A stretch of DNA of 64,000 bases from Cyanobacteriota bacterium (lineage in GTDB: Bacteria > Cyanobacteriota > Cyanobacteriia > Thermostichales > Thermostichaceae): NCBI GenBank assembly GCA_033764955.1, contig JANRIL010000024.1, positions 96,001 to 160,000 on the forward strand, in the 5' to 3' direction. Under the pieces are notes generated by a model. It ran no database searches, was not told the DNA's origin, and worked only from the letters and a program-made list of their open reading frames with translations. The position numbers and the translations under genes were made by a program. How positions within the stretch are numbered: the stretch's first letter is position 1; every line of letters begins with the position of its first letter. Positions 10,354 to 20,972 of the stretch are shown piece after piece.

Positions 10354-10389
10354 AAAAATTCCTTAGGGGATGGCGGGATCCCGCAGGGA

Positions 10390-11235
10390 CTAGCCCTCGT
10401 TTCGCTCTTCGGCTACCGGATCGGGAGTAGACACCTCAGCCCGAACTTCTGGGGCAACATATTCCTCTTGCCAGTCAGGGGCAGGTTCTGATACTGGCGG
10501 ACGTTGAGGCTTGGGTTGACGGCTCACCGGCTCCTCTTCGGCGTAGATGTCATCCTCTTCTTCGGTGTATTCGTCTTCATAGTCTTGTTCATAGTCATCC
10601 TCCTCTTCGGCGGCATTGTCAGCCACGGCGCTGGGCAAAGCAGGAACCTCATTAGACTCTTCCCAGGGAGGTTTACCGATACCAAATTGTTCTAAAAAGC
10701 TTTTGGTCAGTTGAGTCAAACGGGCTTCTGCACCATCCGCTACGATCAAACGATTGGATCCAACGGAAACAATTTCGTCGGCTGACATTTGATAAGTGCT
10801 GAGGATAAATCCTGGCAGGAAGGAAATACCCAGGCTGGAAAGGGTGAGGCTACTGATCACACCAGACGCGGCATTAAACTCAAAGTCTTTGACTTTCCCT
10901 AGGCGAGTGCCAGTTTCGCTCACCACGTCACTGCCCACCACCTTCGATAGCCCCTCTAGATCCAAATTGTCAAAAGCTGCTTCGCTGGGGATCAAAATAG
11001 CATCTCGACCCAGGGCTGCCACCTGGCGTAGTTCGATGGAGGCGGGCACACCCGACAACGCTTGTTCTCTCACCCGCAAAACCAAAACTTGTTTGGCTTC
11101 TAGATCGACCAAGACATCGCTGATCACCCCTAAGCGGGCTGCATTACCTTGGCTAATCACCTGGGTTCCCAGAATCTGGGATCGCCGACGCGCTTCAGAC
11201 CGCACCAGTGCAACAGATTCTTTACCCGTCGTCAT
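10390..11235 (-). CDS. PRC-barrel domain protein with acidic tail
   Basis: Two PRC-barrel-like repeats (ILGTQVI...RLG; VVGSDVVSETGTRLGKVKDF) and an E/D-rich C-terminus. Confidence 0.85.
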   Translation of the reverse strand: MTTGKESVALVRSEARRRSQILGTQVISQGNAARLGVISDVLVDLEAKQVLVLRVREQALSGVPASIELRQVAALGRDAILIPSEAAFDNLDLEGLSKVVGSDVVSETGTRLGKVKDFEFNAASGVISSLTLSSLGISFLPGFILSTYQMSADEIVSVGSNRLIVADGAEARLTQLTKSFLEQFGIGKPPWEESNEVPALPSAVADNAAEEEDDYEQDYEDEYTEEEDDIYAEEEPVSRQPKPQRPPVSEPAPDWQEEYVAPEVRAEVSTPDPVAEERNEG

Positions 11236-11412
11236 GGTATTGACCTCGTCCTGAGTTAAACCAAACTCATTAAATCAGAATTGGATGCTATTTTTGTAGG
11301 GCTTATTGCCGGACTCAAGGGAGGCAACGCTCCTGTCAATCCCTGAATAGCTTATCACGAAGCCCCTCGCTCCTAGACTTGAGGGATCCCTAAATCTGTC
11401 TGGGAGGGGAGC

Positions 11413-12507
11413 CTAGGTGTCATCGGTTCCACTCTGGAGAACCTCACGGATCCAGAGGCGAAATTGCTCTGCCATGACTTCTATGGAATAAAACTGCTCA
11501 GCGTGCTGGCGACAAACTCGGCGATCAATTTTAGGAATGTCTGACAACGCCCTCACCATCTCTTGCCAGTTGTCCGGCTCGACAATCCAGCCCGTTTTAC
11601 CTGGCTCGACAATCTCGGCGGGTCCCCCTCGTCCATAGGTCACCACCGGCACACCACAGGCCAGAGCCTCCACCACCACCATGCCAAAGGCTTCGATCCA
11701 TTTGGGAGTCATCAGGAGGGCGCGGGATTGACCCAGTAGGGTCTGCATTTGAGCTGTTGGCAAAAATCCTTGGTAATGGAGGGGGGCGGCAGGATAACGG
11801 CTTTGGATCTGCTGCCAATAGGCGGGATCCTGCATATGACCGAGCACCCAGACGGGCAGCCCCGTGGCTTGGGCAACGGCGGCACAGTCTTCTAACCCTT
11901 TTTCGGGGGCAATCCGCCCGATCCAGCACAAAGGACCTGCCTGGGTGGGGTTGAATTGATACTGACTCAGATCCAGTCCACAGGGCAAAACCACAAAGGG
12001 ATCCCTGTCCGTTCCTGAATAGGACCAGCCAAAGGTTGCTGCCTGCGCCCGTGAGTGCAGGGCAATCCGGCGGGGAAAGCGGCTCAAGGTTTCATTGAGG
12101 ATGCTATCCACACCATCAGAAAGGGATCCCATACTGACGATATGGACAACGGGTGTATTAAAAAAAGACGTGAGATAGAACGGTAACCAATCATAGCCCC
12201 AGTTAACGATGATATCGAACTCGGTTTGCCGTTGGTGGGCACGTTGCCAGAGGTTAGCCAGTAGAGAGGGCAAGCGAATTTCGGTGGGGGCAGTGCGGGC
12301 TTGATGTTGGGCATAAGGGGGGGGAAAGCCTTCTACAGGGGTGCAGTCTAAACCAGGGGTTTGGGATCCACTTGCCGCCAAGACTTGCACCTGATCTCCG
12401 GTGGCTTGCAGGTGCCGCCCCAGGTTGAGCAGGTTAAGTTCCACCCCACCCCCCGCCCCCGATCCGAGGGATCCCACCGCTGTCGCCACAAACAGATACC
12501 GTGTCAT
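11413..12507 (-). CDS. glycosyltransferase family 4 protein
   Basis: GRIAPEKG, EAFGMVVVEALACGVPV. Confidence 0.92.
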   Translation of the reverse strand: MTRYLFVATAVGSLGSGAGGGVELNLLNLGRHLQATGDQVQVLAASGSQTPGLDCTPVEGFPPPYAQHQARTAPTEIRLPSLLANLWQRAHQRQTEFDIIVNWGYDWLPFYLTSFFNTPVVHIVSMGSLSDGVDSILNETLSRFPRRIALHSRAQAATFGWSYSGTDRDPFVVLPCGLDLSQYQFNPTQAGPLCWIGRIAPEKGLEDCAAVAQATGLPVWVLGHMQDPAYWQQIQSRYPAAPLHYQGFLPTAQMQTLLGQSRALLMTPKWIEAFGMVVVEALACGVPVVTYGRGGPAEIVEPGKTGWIVEPDNWQEMVRALSDIPKIDRRVCRQHAEQFYSIEVMAEQFRLWIREVLQSGTDDT

Positions 12508-12571
12508 GGTTTGCCATCGCTCGCCAACGAAAAAGCCTAGTCTTATCCCACCCGTCTTATTTTCAGATGTA

Positions 12572-12895
12572 TCAGAGAAAGGGGAAAATCGAACGATAGG
12601 CTTTGCGTAGCTTCAGCAAAAAGATCAAGCGTTTCACTTCGGGAGCAACCTCCGGCTCGGCGCTGGGTCGCTCCCGCAAATCCTGCTGTAGCTGTTGATA
12701 TTGGCTCGGGGTAAGGGGTTGATTGTCAATGGGGGAACGAGCAGCAAGGCTGGGTTGAATGCGGAGGATCTCTTCCGGGATATCCTCCGGTTCCGGCAGG
12801 GCGTCAGCAGCCAGAGAAGCAACAATCCCGACTAAACCGATCCCCAGCACTATGAATAGCCGGATTGGTAGCAACATTATGGATTCTCTCCTCAA
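12572..12895 (-). CDS. conserved hypothetical secreted/membrane protein
   Basis: Signal-like N-terminus; LP..EDIPEEILR, ARSPID..PLT..Y, LIFLLKLRK. Confidence 0.7.
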   Translation of the reverse strand: MRRESIMLLPIRLFIVLGIGLVGIVASLAADALPEPEDIPEEILRIQPSLAARSPIDNQPLTPSQYQQLQQDLRERPSAEPEVAPEVKRLIFLLKLRKAYRSIFPFL

Positions 12896-13339
12896 GCGCT
12901 TTGGTCTGAATCGGGGCTTAGCTATCCTGACCTATGGTTAGCAAGGTGAGTGACAAATGGAAGGAAACATTTATCCTACCGAATGACCACAGGATGAAGC
13001 TCTTGTCAAATCCATCAGAATTCTTAATTTGGATACATTATGGATCCTCAGGTTGGACGCTAACGCTTCACATCGGCGGCGGCAGATTCCTCGACAACTC
13101 CACCAGCAGCTTTCAGCCGTCCGCTAGATTGGGGTTGCTAGAAAAGTGGATTGAACGGCTAGTTGCTCTCCTTCAGCAAAGATAGCTTCGATACAGGAGC
13201 TTTGAATTTGCACGAAGCCTTCTCTCTGTCTGAAAAGCTGATAGCGAGGTGCTCTGATTTCTGGGTGGGGGAGTCTGAATCCAAATCGTGTAAAGTATTG
13301 TGTAGAAGCTTAATATAGAAAATAAGGGATCCCTCCATC

Positions 13340-14518
13340 ATGCAGCGGATTATTTTGATGACAGGCAAAGGTGGTGTTGGCAAAACCTCAATGGCTGCTG
13401 CCACCGGATGGCGCTGTGCTGAACTGGGCTACAAGACCCTGGTGCTGAGTACGGATCCCGCCCATTCGCTGGCAGATAGCTTTGATCAACCTCTGGGGCA
13501 TGAACCCGTGCAGGTGAAACCCAATCTCTGGGGAGCGGAGTTGGATGCCCTGATTGAACTGGAACAAAACTGGGGATCCGTCAAAACCTACATCACACAG
13601 GTCTTGCAAGCACGGGGGTTGGATGGAGTACAAGCGCAAGAACTCGCTATTTTGCCGGGGATGGATGAAATCTTTGCCCTAGTTCGTGTCAACCGCCACT
13701 ACGACGAAGGGGAGTTTGATGTGTTGATTATTGATTCCGCTCCCACCGGAACGGCGCTCCGCCTCCTCAGTTTACCGGATGTGTCCGGCTGGTATATGCG
13801 GAAGTTTTACAAACCCTTGCAGGGGTTAGCGCAAATTTTAAGGCCAATTGCTGAACCAATTGTCAAAGGCTTGACAGGCATTCCTTTACCCGACAATAAA
13901 GTTATGGATGCGCCCTACGAATTTTATGAAAAGATTGAGCGCCTAGAAAAGATTTTGACTAATAATTCCATCACTTCTGTTCGGTTGGTGACCAACCCCG
14001 AAAAGATGGTAATCAAGGAATCATTGCGTGCCCATGCTTATCTCAGTCTTTATAATGTAGCAACCGATTTGGTGATTGCCAACCGGATTTTACCTGATCA
14101 TGTGGTAGATCCTTATTTCGCTCAATGGAAGGCTTCCCAGCAGTATTATCGCCAACAAATTCACGAAAACTTCTCACCACTGCCTGTTTTTGAAATCCCA
14201 CTTTATGCGGAAGAGATGGTAGGTTGGGAAGCTTTACATCGCCTCAAACAGGATCTCTGGCATGACCGAAATCCAGCAGATGTCTTTCATCAAGAAACTA
14301 CCATGTCTGTGGTCACAGATAATGGCCAGTATCGCCTCGATCTCTATCTGCCTGGGATCCCTAAAGAGCAGATTGAGCTAACCAAGACGGGAGATGAATT
14401 GAATATTCGTATTGGCAATCATCGGCGGAATTTAGTGTTGCCACAAACCTTAGCCGCCATGCAGCCTGCCCGTGCCAAAATGGAGCAGGATTATCTGCAA
14501 ATTCATTTTGCGGCTTAA
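13340..14518 (+). CDS. ArsA/GET3/TRC40 family ATPase with C-terminal HSP20-like domain
   Basis: [28 protein letters not shown]-terminus LYLPGIPK...[18 protein letters not shown]. Confidence 0.92.
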   Translation: MQRIILMTGKGGVGKTSMAAATGWRCAELGYKTLVLSTDPAHSLADSFDQPLGHEPVQVKPNLWGAELDALIELEQNWGSVKTYITQVLQARGLDGVQAQELAILPGMDEIFALVRVNRHYDEGEFDVLIIDSAPTGTALRLLSLPDVSGWYMRKFYKPLQGLAQILRPIAEPIVKGLTGIPLPDNKVMDAPYEFYEKIERLEKILTNNSITSVRLVTNPEKMVIKESLRAHAYLSLYNVATDLVIANRILPDHVVDPYFAQWKASQQYYRQQIHENFSPLPVFEIPLYAEEMVGWEALHRLKQDLWHDRNPADVFHQETTMSVVTDNGQYRLDLYLPGIPKEQIELTKTGDELNIRIGNHRRNLVLPQTLAAMQPARAKMEQDYLQIHFAA

Positions 14519-14706
14519 CAAAGATGAGGTCAATGTTAGCTTGCTTAGGCTGACGGCTAGGACAAAGCAGTTAATTGATCTTCAAGTTCGGGTAGCGGCA
14601 ACGGTTCTATGAATAGCCATACACAACGTCTAACTTAGAACCATTTTGAGTTTGCAGTTAGCATAGTGATTGGTTGATAGCCTGATAGCTGGAGAAGTCA
14701 ACTTAA

Positions 14707-15270
14707 ATGGTACAAACTTCATCTAAAAGACTCACCCTAGCGGATTTTTTGAAATTACCAGAAACCAAACCTGCCAGCGAATACGTTGATGGTCAAATTA
14801 TTCAGAAGCCCATGCCTCAAGGGAAACACAGTGCTATTCAAGGAGAACTAGTAGCCGCTGTCAATGGTGTCCTTAAGTCTCAGCGTATTGCTCGTGCATT
14901 CCCTGAGCTACGTTGTACCTTTGGAGGTCGTTCAACTGTTCCTGACATTGCCGTTTTTCTTTGGAATCGCATTCCCCGTGATGAGAATGGAGAGGTTGCC
15001 AATACATTTCCGATTGCTCCCGATTGGACAATTGAAATCCTGTCTCCTGATCAAAGCCAAACAAAAGTAACAAAAAATATCCTTCACTGTCTGCGGCATG
15101 GAACGCAAATGGGTTGGTTAATTGATCCCGATGAACAAACTGTGTTTGTCTATCGTCCCAAACAAGAACCTGAAGTGTTGGACGAGCCAGATGAAGTTGT
15201 CTCTTCCCCACCATTTGTCAGCAATCTACAGCTTACGATCCACACTTTGTTTGCTTGGTTATTGGAGTAA
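14707..15270 (+). CDS. Uma2 family (DUF820) PD-(D/E)xK endonuclease
   Basis: LPETKPASEY, MPQGKHS, VPDIAV, APDWTIEILSP, GWLIDP. Confidence 0.93.
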   Translation: MVQTSSKRLTLADFLKLPETKPASEYVDGQIIQKPMPQGKHSAIQGELVAAVNGVLKSQRIARAFPELRCTFGGRSTVPDIAVFLWNRIPRDENGEVANTFPIAPDWTIEILSPDQSQTKVTKNILHCLRHGTQMGWLIDPDEQTVFVYRPKQEPEVLDEPDEVVSSPPFVSNLQLTIHTLFAWLLE

Positions 15271-15350
15271 GCCTTGATTAGCACGTTCCAGCGCACCCCA
15301 ATCGGATCGGAACTAGGCCAAAATAGCTTCGTTGGGTTGAGAGATCGGCC

Positions 15351-15719
15351 ATGAGCTTGATTGGAAATATCATCTGGCTAGTGTTTGGAGGCTTTTTTGC
15401 AGGTCTCGGCTATATCTTGGGGGGGATCACCCTCTGCCTGACCATCATCGGCATCCCCTTTGGCATTCAGTCCATCAAATTAGGCATCGCTACCTTCACC
15501 CCGTTCGGGCGAAAGATTGTGGAATCGGATAATGCCAATGGTATTTTAGCCACGATTTTTAACATCATCTGGCTGATCTTGTTTGGCTGGCCTCTTGCTC
15601 TCAATCACCTGTTTTGGGCGGCTGTGCTGGGCATTTCCATCATCGGGATCCCTTTTGCCATTCAACACCTCAAGTTGATCGTGCTGGCGATTTTCCCGTT
15701 TGGTCGTAATTTGCGCTGA
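15351..15719 (+). CDS. YccF domain inner membrane protein
   Basis: Duplicated N(I)IW...TIIGIPF...PFG motifs. Confidence 0.9.
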   Translation: MSLIGNIIWLVFGGFFAGLGYILGGITLCLTIIGIPFGIQSIKLGIATFTPFGRKIVESDNANGILATIFNIIWLILFGWPLALNHLFWAAVLGISIIGIPFAIQHLKLIVLAIFPFGRNLR

Positions 15720-15725
15720 CGACTC

Positions 15726-17171
15726 CTAGCCTAGCGAGCGGAGGAAGGAAAACAGGTTTTGCAAGAGATTCTGCTGCCAAAGATTTTTGGCATATTTTTG
15801 TTTGGCCAGTTGAAGGGCGGCTTTGGCGTTGACCTCTGAGAGGGTAGGGTAAATGTGCATTCCCGTCAGGGCGGAAACCGGCAACTGATAATTCATGGCC
15901 AGCACAATTTCGCTCAAGAGTTCTCCCGCTGAGGCTCCCACCAAATGCGCCCCCAAGATTTCTCCCTTGCGGCGACAGATCAATTTGGCAAAGCCAACCG
16001 TAGCCGCCTCTGCTTGGGCACGATCCACCTCGGCAAAATCGTGCTTTAGCACCACCACATCGGTGTATTGCTGACGAGCTTCTGCTTCGGTTAGTCCTAC
16101 CCGCGCTAACTCTGGATCGGTAAAGGTAGCCCAGGGAATCACCCGATACTTAGCTTTGACCAAGGGCAACAGCAGGGCGTTCGTGGCCGCCACAAACCCT
16201 TCATAGCCCGCCACATGCGTAAATTGATAGCCGCCGATCACATCCCCACAGGCATAAACTTTGGGATTGGATGTACGCAGATGCTTATCCACTTTGATGC
16301 CGGATGGGTCGTAGCCCACTCCAGCGGCTTCCAGGTTGAGTTCCTCCACATTCGGTACTCGCCCCGCCGCCACGACGATTTCATCCACTGTCAACACCTG
16401 CCCACTCACTCGGAGCTGTTTTTTGCCCTGCTGCTGGCTGGCGGACTCGGCTCTGGCCTTGCTGATAATCTCGATCCCTTCCCGTTGCAGTTGTTGCTGT
16501 ACAACACGGGCAGCTTCTGGGTCTTCTTTGGGAAGAATGGTCTCCCGGCTGGCAATCAAGATAACACGGGATCCCAACCGGCTGAGAGCCTGCCCCAGCT
16601 CACAACCAATCGGACCAGCCCCAATCACAGCCACACTGGCGGGGCGGTTGGTCAGATCAAAAATCTTTTCGTTGGTGAGATAGCCCACTTCCTCTAGCCC
16701 AGGCACAGGCGGCACCTGCGGACGGGATCCCGTAGCGATGATAAAGGCGCGCCCTTTCAGTTGGCGTCCATTCACCTCAAAGGTTTGTTTGTCGAGAAAA
16801 CGGCCACTGCCAAAGATCAGATCTACCCCCAACTTGCGAAATCGGTCCGGAGAATCGGCGTGATTGGCAATAAAATTCTGCGCGGCTTTGATGTGCTGAT
16901 AAACCTTGAGATAGTCAACATCAGGGCCGGAACCATTGATCCCACTGTTCAAAATCAACCCCGTTTGGGCGGCTTGCCGCGTCTCATGCGCCAGACGAGA
17001 CACATGAATTAAGGATTTGCTGGGAACACAGCCATACCACAAACAATCTCCGCCAATCCGCTCTTCTCGCTCCACCAAGGCAACCTTGGCCTTCAACTGA
17101 GCGGCAAAGCTGGCGGCCACCAACCCGCCGGAACCTCCCCCAATCACCACAATATCGTAGGGTACTGCCAC
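15726..17171 (-). CDS. FAD-dependent pyridine nucleotide-disulfide oxidoreductase (dihydrolipoamide dehydrogenase/MerA-like family)
   Basis: IGGGSGG, GGDCLWYGCVPSK, GAGPIG, FTDPE, HIYPTLSE; no C-terminal Cys pair of true MerA. Confidence 0.9.
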   Translation of the reverse strand: MAVPYDIVVIGGGSGGLVAASFAAQLKAKVALVEREERIGGDCLWYGCVPSKSLIHVSRLAHETRQAAQTGLILNSGINGSGPDVDYLKVYQHIKAAQNFIANHADSPDRFRKLGVDLIFGSGRFLDKQTFEVNGRQLKGRAFIIATGSRPQVPPVPGLEEVGYLTNEKIFDLTNRPASVAVIGAGPIGCELGQALSRLGSRVILIASRETILPKEDPEAARVVQQQLQREGIEIISKARAESASQQQGKKQLRVSGQVLTVDEIVVAAGRVPNVEELNLEAAGVGYDPSGIKVDKHLRTSNPKVYACGDVIGGYQFTHVAGYEGFVAATNALLLPLVKAKYRVIPWATFTDPELARVGLTEAEARQQYTDVVVLKHDFAEVDRAQAEAATVGFAKLICRRKGEILGAHLVGASAGELLSEIVLAMNYQLPVSALTGMHIYPTLSEVNAKAALQLAKQKYAKNLWQQNLLQNLFSFLRSLG

Positions 17172-17371
17172 GGTCTGACCTCAGAGAACGATGGGGCTGA
17201 CTTCAAGAGCTGACCTCAAGACCATCCAGCTCCCACCAGGATGATAAGGGCATCCCTAGGGGGAAAAAGTGAGATTCTCCTAAATTCATGCTAAGGATCT
17301 GGCAAAACCTCCCCTCACCCGCAGCAGCACCGATGGGTTAAGGGATCCCTAACTATTCGGTCACCCGTTGT

Positions 17372-17869
17372 TTAGAGCTTTGTTTTGAAGACCTGAATGG
17401 CTTCCGCCAGATCTTGATATTCCTCACAGGTGGTGTTGCCACAAATTTGTTGCAACCTTTGCAGTTGAGCTTCCGCCTGGGGCAAATTATTGGCTTGCAG
17501 ATAAGCCTCCCCTAGATATTCTAGGGCTTGTTTGTGGTCGGGATCCCATTTGAGGGCTTGGGCATATCCCGCAAAGGCTTTGTCGAGGTTGCCCTGTTGG
17601 CGATAGCTGTAGGCGAGGTAGTTCCAGGCATCGGCATTTTGGGGATCCTCGGCCACGGCTTTTTCCAGATGGGTAATAGCGCTTGACCAGTTTTTGGCCT
17701 TGACCGCTTTGGCTCCCTGTTCATAGTTAGTGGTGGTTTCAGACTCAGAAGGAGCCGATTCTTCCCACCCACTGGGAGCCGCCCAAGCAATAGGAAGGCT
17801 TATTCCACCAGCCAGCCCCAGCAGAAGAACGAGATACGCTAGACGAGAAGTGGCAGACATAAGCAGCAA
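17372..17869 (-). CDS. secreted TPR protein
   Basis: Signal peptide; DPQNADAWNYLAY, DPDHKQALEYLGEAY. Confidence 0.85.
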   Translation of the reverse strand: MLLMSATSRLAYLVLLLGLAGGISLPIAWAAPSGWEESAPSESETTTNYEQGAKAVKAKNWSSAITHLEKAVAEDPQNADAWNYLAYSYRQQGNLDKAFAGYAQALKWDPDHKQALEYLGEAYLQANNLPQAEAQLQRLQQICGNTTCEEYQDLAEAIQVFKTKL

Positions 17870-17985
17870 ACCCCTGGAAAATTTACCTCCTTTCTATCCT
17901 GCAAGGCCAGCAACGACAATCCGCACGATCAAGAGAGGATGCCACAATAGAGAGCAACTTTGGTCTGTTTCTCGGCGCAAGATCC

Positions 17986-20358
17986 ATGTCCCCATCCCTA
18001 CCCCCTTTGCTCAACACTCTTAATCCTTCCCAACAACAAGCGGTACAGCATTTCTGTGGCCCTTTGCTGGTGGTAGCGGGAGCGGGATCCGGCAAAACTC
18101 GCGCCCTCACCTGGCGGATTGCCCACCTGGTGTTGCAGCATCGGGTGGATCCGGGGGAAATTTTGGCGGTGACATTCACCAACAAAGCCGCCCGCGAAAT
18201 GAAAGAGCGCATCGAAAAGCTGTTTGCTCAGCAGGAAGCCCTACAAAACCACGGGATCCCCTTAGAAAAGCTGGAGCCATCTCAACAAACCCGCCTCCAA
18301 TCCAGCGTGTATAAACGGTATCTCAAGCCGTTATGGATTGGCACGTTTCACAGCTTGTTTTCTCAGATCCTACGGATGGATATCGAAAAGTTTCAAGACT
18401 CACAAGGGCGAAAATGGAACCGTAATTTTTCTATTTTTGATGAGTCTGACACCCAAAGTCTGGTCAAAGATATTGTTACCAATCAACTCAAGTTGGATGA
18501 CCGTAAATTTGAACCGAAGTCCGTTCGCTATGCCATCAGTAATGCTAAAAACCAGGGCTGGACACCTGCTGACCTAGAAGTTGAGCAGCCTACTTTTCGG
18601 GGCCGCACGATTGCTCAGGTTTATCAAATTTATCAAAATCAACTGGCGGCCAACAACAGTCTCGATTTTGATGATCTGATTTGGATCCCTGTCCAATTAT
18701 TCCGGCAAAATGAACAAGTATTAGCCTATTGGCATGAACGATTTCGCCACATCTTGGTAGATGAATATCAGGACACTAATCGCACCCAGTATGAACTGAT
18801 TCGCCTGTTAGCCACCAATGGTGAAACCAGTAAAAACAAGCTGAATTGGCAACATCGCTCCATTTTTGTTGTGGGAGATGCCGATCAAAGCATTTACCGT
18901 TTCCGGGGGGCAGATTTCACCATTTTGATGGAGTTTCAACAAGCCTTTGGGGATGGATTGCCCGATGCAGACACCCGCACGATGGTCAAATTAGAAGAAA
19001 ACTATCGTTCCACCTCGACTATTTTGGAGGCGGCCAATCACCTCATTCAAAACAATACTGAACGCATCGATAAAACCCTGCGTGCCACACGCGGCGAAGG
19101 AGAATTGGTATTTTGTCATCAAGCCGATCATGAATTGGCGGAAGCGGAATTTGTCGTTAATGCCATTCGCCGCTTAGAACAGCGGGATCCCCAGTGGGAC
19201 TATGGCAGCTTTGCCATTCTCTATCGCACCAACGCCCAATCCCGTCCGTTTGAAGAAATGCTCCTGCGTTGGGGGATCCCTTATACAGTCGTGGGAGGAT
19301 TACGGTTTTATGACCGCAAAGAAATCAAAGATATCTTGTCCTATTTGCGAGCGATTCATAACCCTGCTGATTCCCTAAGTCTATTGCGAGTGATCAATAC
19401 CCCTCGCCGTGGCATTGGCAAGTCTACCCTCGATAAATTAGCCAGCGCCGCCGCCAGTTTGAATGTTCCGTTGTGGGAAATTTTGAGTGATGAAACCTCT
19501 GTGGCGACAATTGCGGGGCGTTCTGCCAAACCGGTTCAACAATTTGCCCAGATGATCAGCCATTGGCATGAACGCCTGAACCAGGACTCCGCCTCCGTCA
19601 TTTTAGAAGGGATCCTGCGCGATACCGGATATGTCGAGGATCTGAAAGCTCAGGGCACCGACGAAGCCAACGAACGCACCCAAAACGTCATGGAACTTTA
19701 TAACGCTGCCCGCCAGTTTGAGGAGGATCAAGAGGATCCCAGTTTGGCGGCTTTTTTAGCCAATGTATCGCTGGCTTCCGATCTGGACAATCTGCCGGAG
19801 CAAACCCAGAAAGTGTCCCTAATGACCCTCCATTCCTCCAAAGGATTAGAATTTCCGGTGGTCTTTTTGGTGGGGGTCGAACAGGGGCTTTTCCCCAATT
19901 TCCGCTCCCTCGAAGATCCCGTTGCTCTAGAAGAAGAACGCCGTCTTTGCTATGTGGGCATTACCCGCGCCCAAGAACAACTGTTTCTCACCCATGCCCG
20001 TGAGCGCCGTCTTTACGGACAACGGGAAGCGGCTATCCCCTCCCTCTTTTTGGCGGAGTTACCCAAAAACCTCTTAGCCACCGACAAAGCAGGGACGATT
20101 CCACGTCAACTCGCCCGCACTAGCCCTGCCGCCAAGCCCACCCCCTCCACCCCTGTCTCCCTTCAATCTCGTCCATCCGCTGCCCTGACCTGGGCTGTCG
20201 GCGATCAACTAGAACATCGGCAATTTGGACAAGGCCAGATCACCCATGTCTTTGGGAGTGGGGATAAAGTAACGCTAGCGGTGAAATTTGCTGGGCATCC
20301 TTCCCCAAAAATTTTAGATCCACGGGTTGCCCCCATCCAAAAACCATCGGGATCCTGA
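17986..20358 (+). CDS. pcrA: ATP-dependent DNA helicase PcrA/UvrD
   Basis: AGAGSGKT, TFTNKAA, DEYQD, GDADQSIY, LEENYRS, YRTNAQSR, TLHSSKGLEF, EERRLCYVGITRA; C-terminal Tudor-like domain. Confidence 0.96.
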   Translation: MSPSLPPLLNTLNPSQQQAVQHFCGPLLVVAGAGSGKTRALTWRIAHLVLQHRVDPGEILAVTFTNKAAREMKERIEKLFAQQEALQNHGIPLEKLEPSQQTRLQSSVYKRYLKPLWIGTFHSLFSQILRMDIEKFQDSQGRKWNRNFSIFDESDTQSLVKDIVTNQLKLDDRKFEPKSVRYAISNAKNQGWTPADLEVEQPTFRGRTIAQVYQIYQNQLAANNSLDFDDLIWIPVQLFRQNEQVLAYWHERFRHILVDEYQDTNRTQYELIRLLATNGETSKNKLNWQHRSIFVVGDADQSIYRFRGADFTILMEFQQAFGDGLPDADTRTMVKLEENYRSTSTILEAANHLIQNNTERIDKTLRATRGEGELVFCHQADHELAEAEFVVNAIRRLEQRDPQWDYGSFAILYRTNAQSRPFEEMLLRWGIPYTVVGGLRFYDRKEIKDILSYLRAIHNPADSLSLLRVINTPRRGIGKSTLDKLASAAASLNVPLWEILSDETSVATIAGRSAKPVQQFAQMISHWHERLNQDSASVILEGILRDTGYVEDLKAQGTDEANERTQNVMELYNAARQFEEDQEDPSLAAFLANVSLASDLDNLPEQTQKVSLMTLHSSKGLEFPVVFLVGVEQGLFPNFRSLEDPVALEEERRLCYVGITRAQEQLFLTHARERRLYGQREAAIPSLFLAELPKNLLATDKAGTIPRQLARTSPAAKPTPSTPVSLQSRPSAALTWAVGDQLEHRQFGQGQITHVFGSGDKVTLAVKFAGHPSPKILDPRVAPIQKPSGS

Positions 20359-20423
20359 GTGCCTCTGTCCGGCAACAGCCCCCAACCATCTTCAAAGAAT
20401 CTTTCAAAAACTTAAACCCTTCT

Positions 20424-20885
20424 ATGGTCGATACCCTCTTTGCTTTTGAAGCCGACTTTGCGGGAACCCTGCACTGCATCCCGATGGTGGTGCGGTTTAA
20501 GTTGGATCGTTGTGGGGTCAAGCTGAAATTAAGCCAATGGCAAGCCTTCTCTGCAGAACAAAAGGGATCCCTGATCCGCTTACCGTGCCAATCGGACTCC
20601 GAAATCGCCGCCTACCGCACCACTCTCTCCACCTGGATTAGCGAAAACCAGAGCCAGGTTAGCCTGTTTGAGCCAGAGACCCATCCCCTGTGGGCGGATG
20701 CTAGCTCGATTCCGGCGGAAGTGGCGGGGCGGATCGAGGAATTGGGGGGATCCCTGGCTATGGCAGACTGGCAAGCCCTGAGCGAATTGCAGCGCTTTGC
20801 CCTAATTAAACTGGCTCGTTCCCAGCACGAACACCGCAACTTTCTCCCCGCTTTGCTGGAATTTAATTTGCCAATTGAGGGGTAG
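20424..20885 (+). CDS. narM: nitrate reductase-associated protein NarM
   Basis: F.FEADF..TL.CIPM.VR.KLD.CGVKLKL..W; LQRFALIKL.R..HE..NFLPAL.EF. Confidence 0.88.
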   Translation: MVDTLFAFEADFAGTLHCIPMVVRFKLDRCGVKLKLSQWQAFSAEQKGSLIRLPCQSDSEIAAYRTTLSTWISENQSQVSLFEPETHPLWADASSIPAEVAGRIEELGGSLAMADWQALSELQRFALIKLARSQHEHRNFLPALLEFNLPIEG

Positions 20886-20972
20886 GCGGGATCCCTTATG
20901 GCAAGATTTGTTCAGAGGTAGGTTTTGTCCAGCCTTCTCCATCACACTGTCTGGCTTGAAGGGGATCCCGTC

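Noticed and set aside
12934..13185. 83-aa ORF in the intergenic region before the ArsA-family gene
   Set aside because: No motif or clear SD; cannot be distinguished from a chance ORF.
14520..14700. integron attC-like site before the Uma2 gene
   Set aside because: TCTAAC/GTTAG words occur, but no convincing paired R/L boxes and no integrase.
15726..17171. mercuric reductase (merA) call
   Set aside because: Lacks the C-terminal Cys-Cys and the NmerA domain; no mer operon genes.
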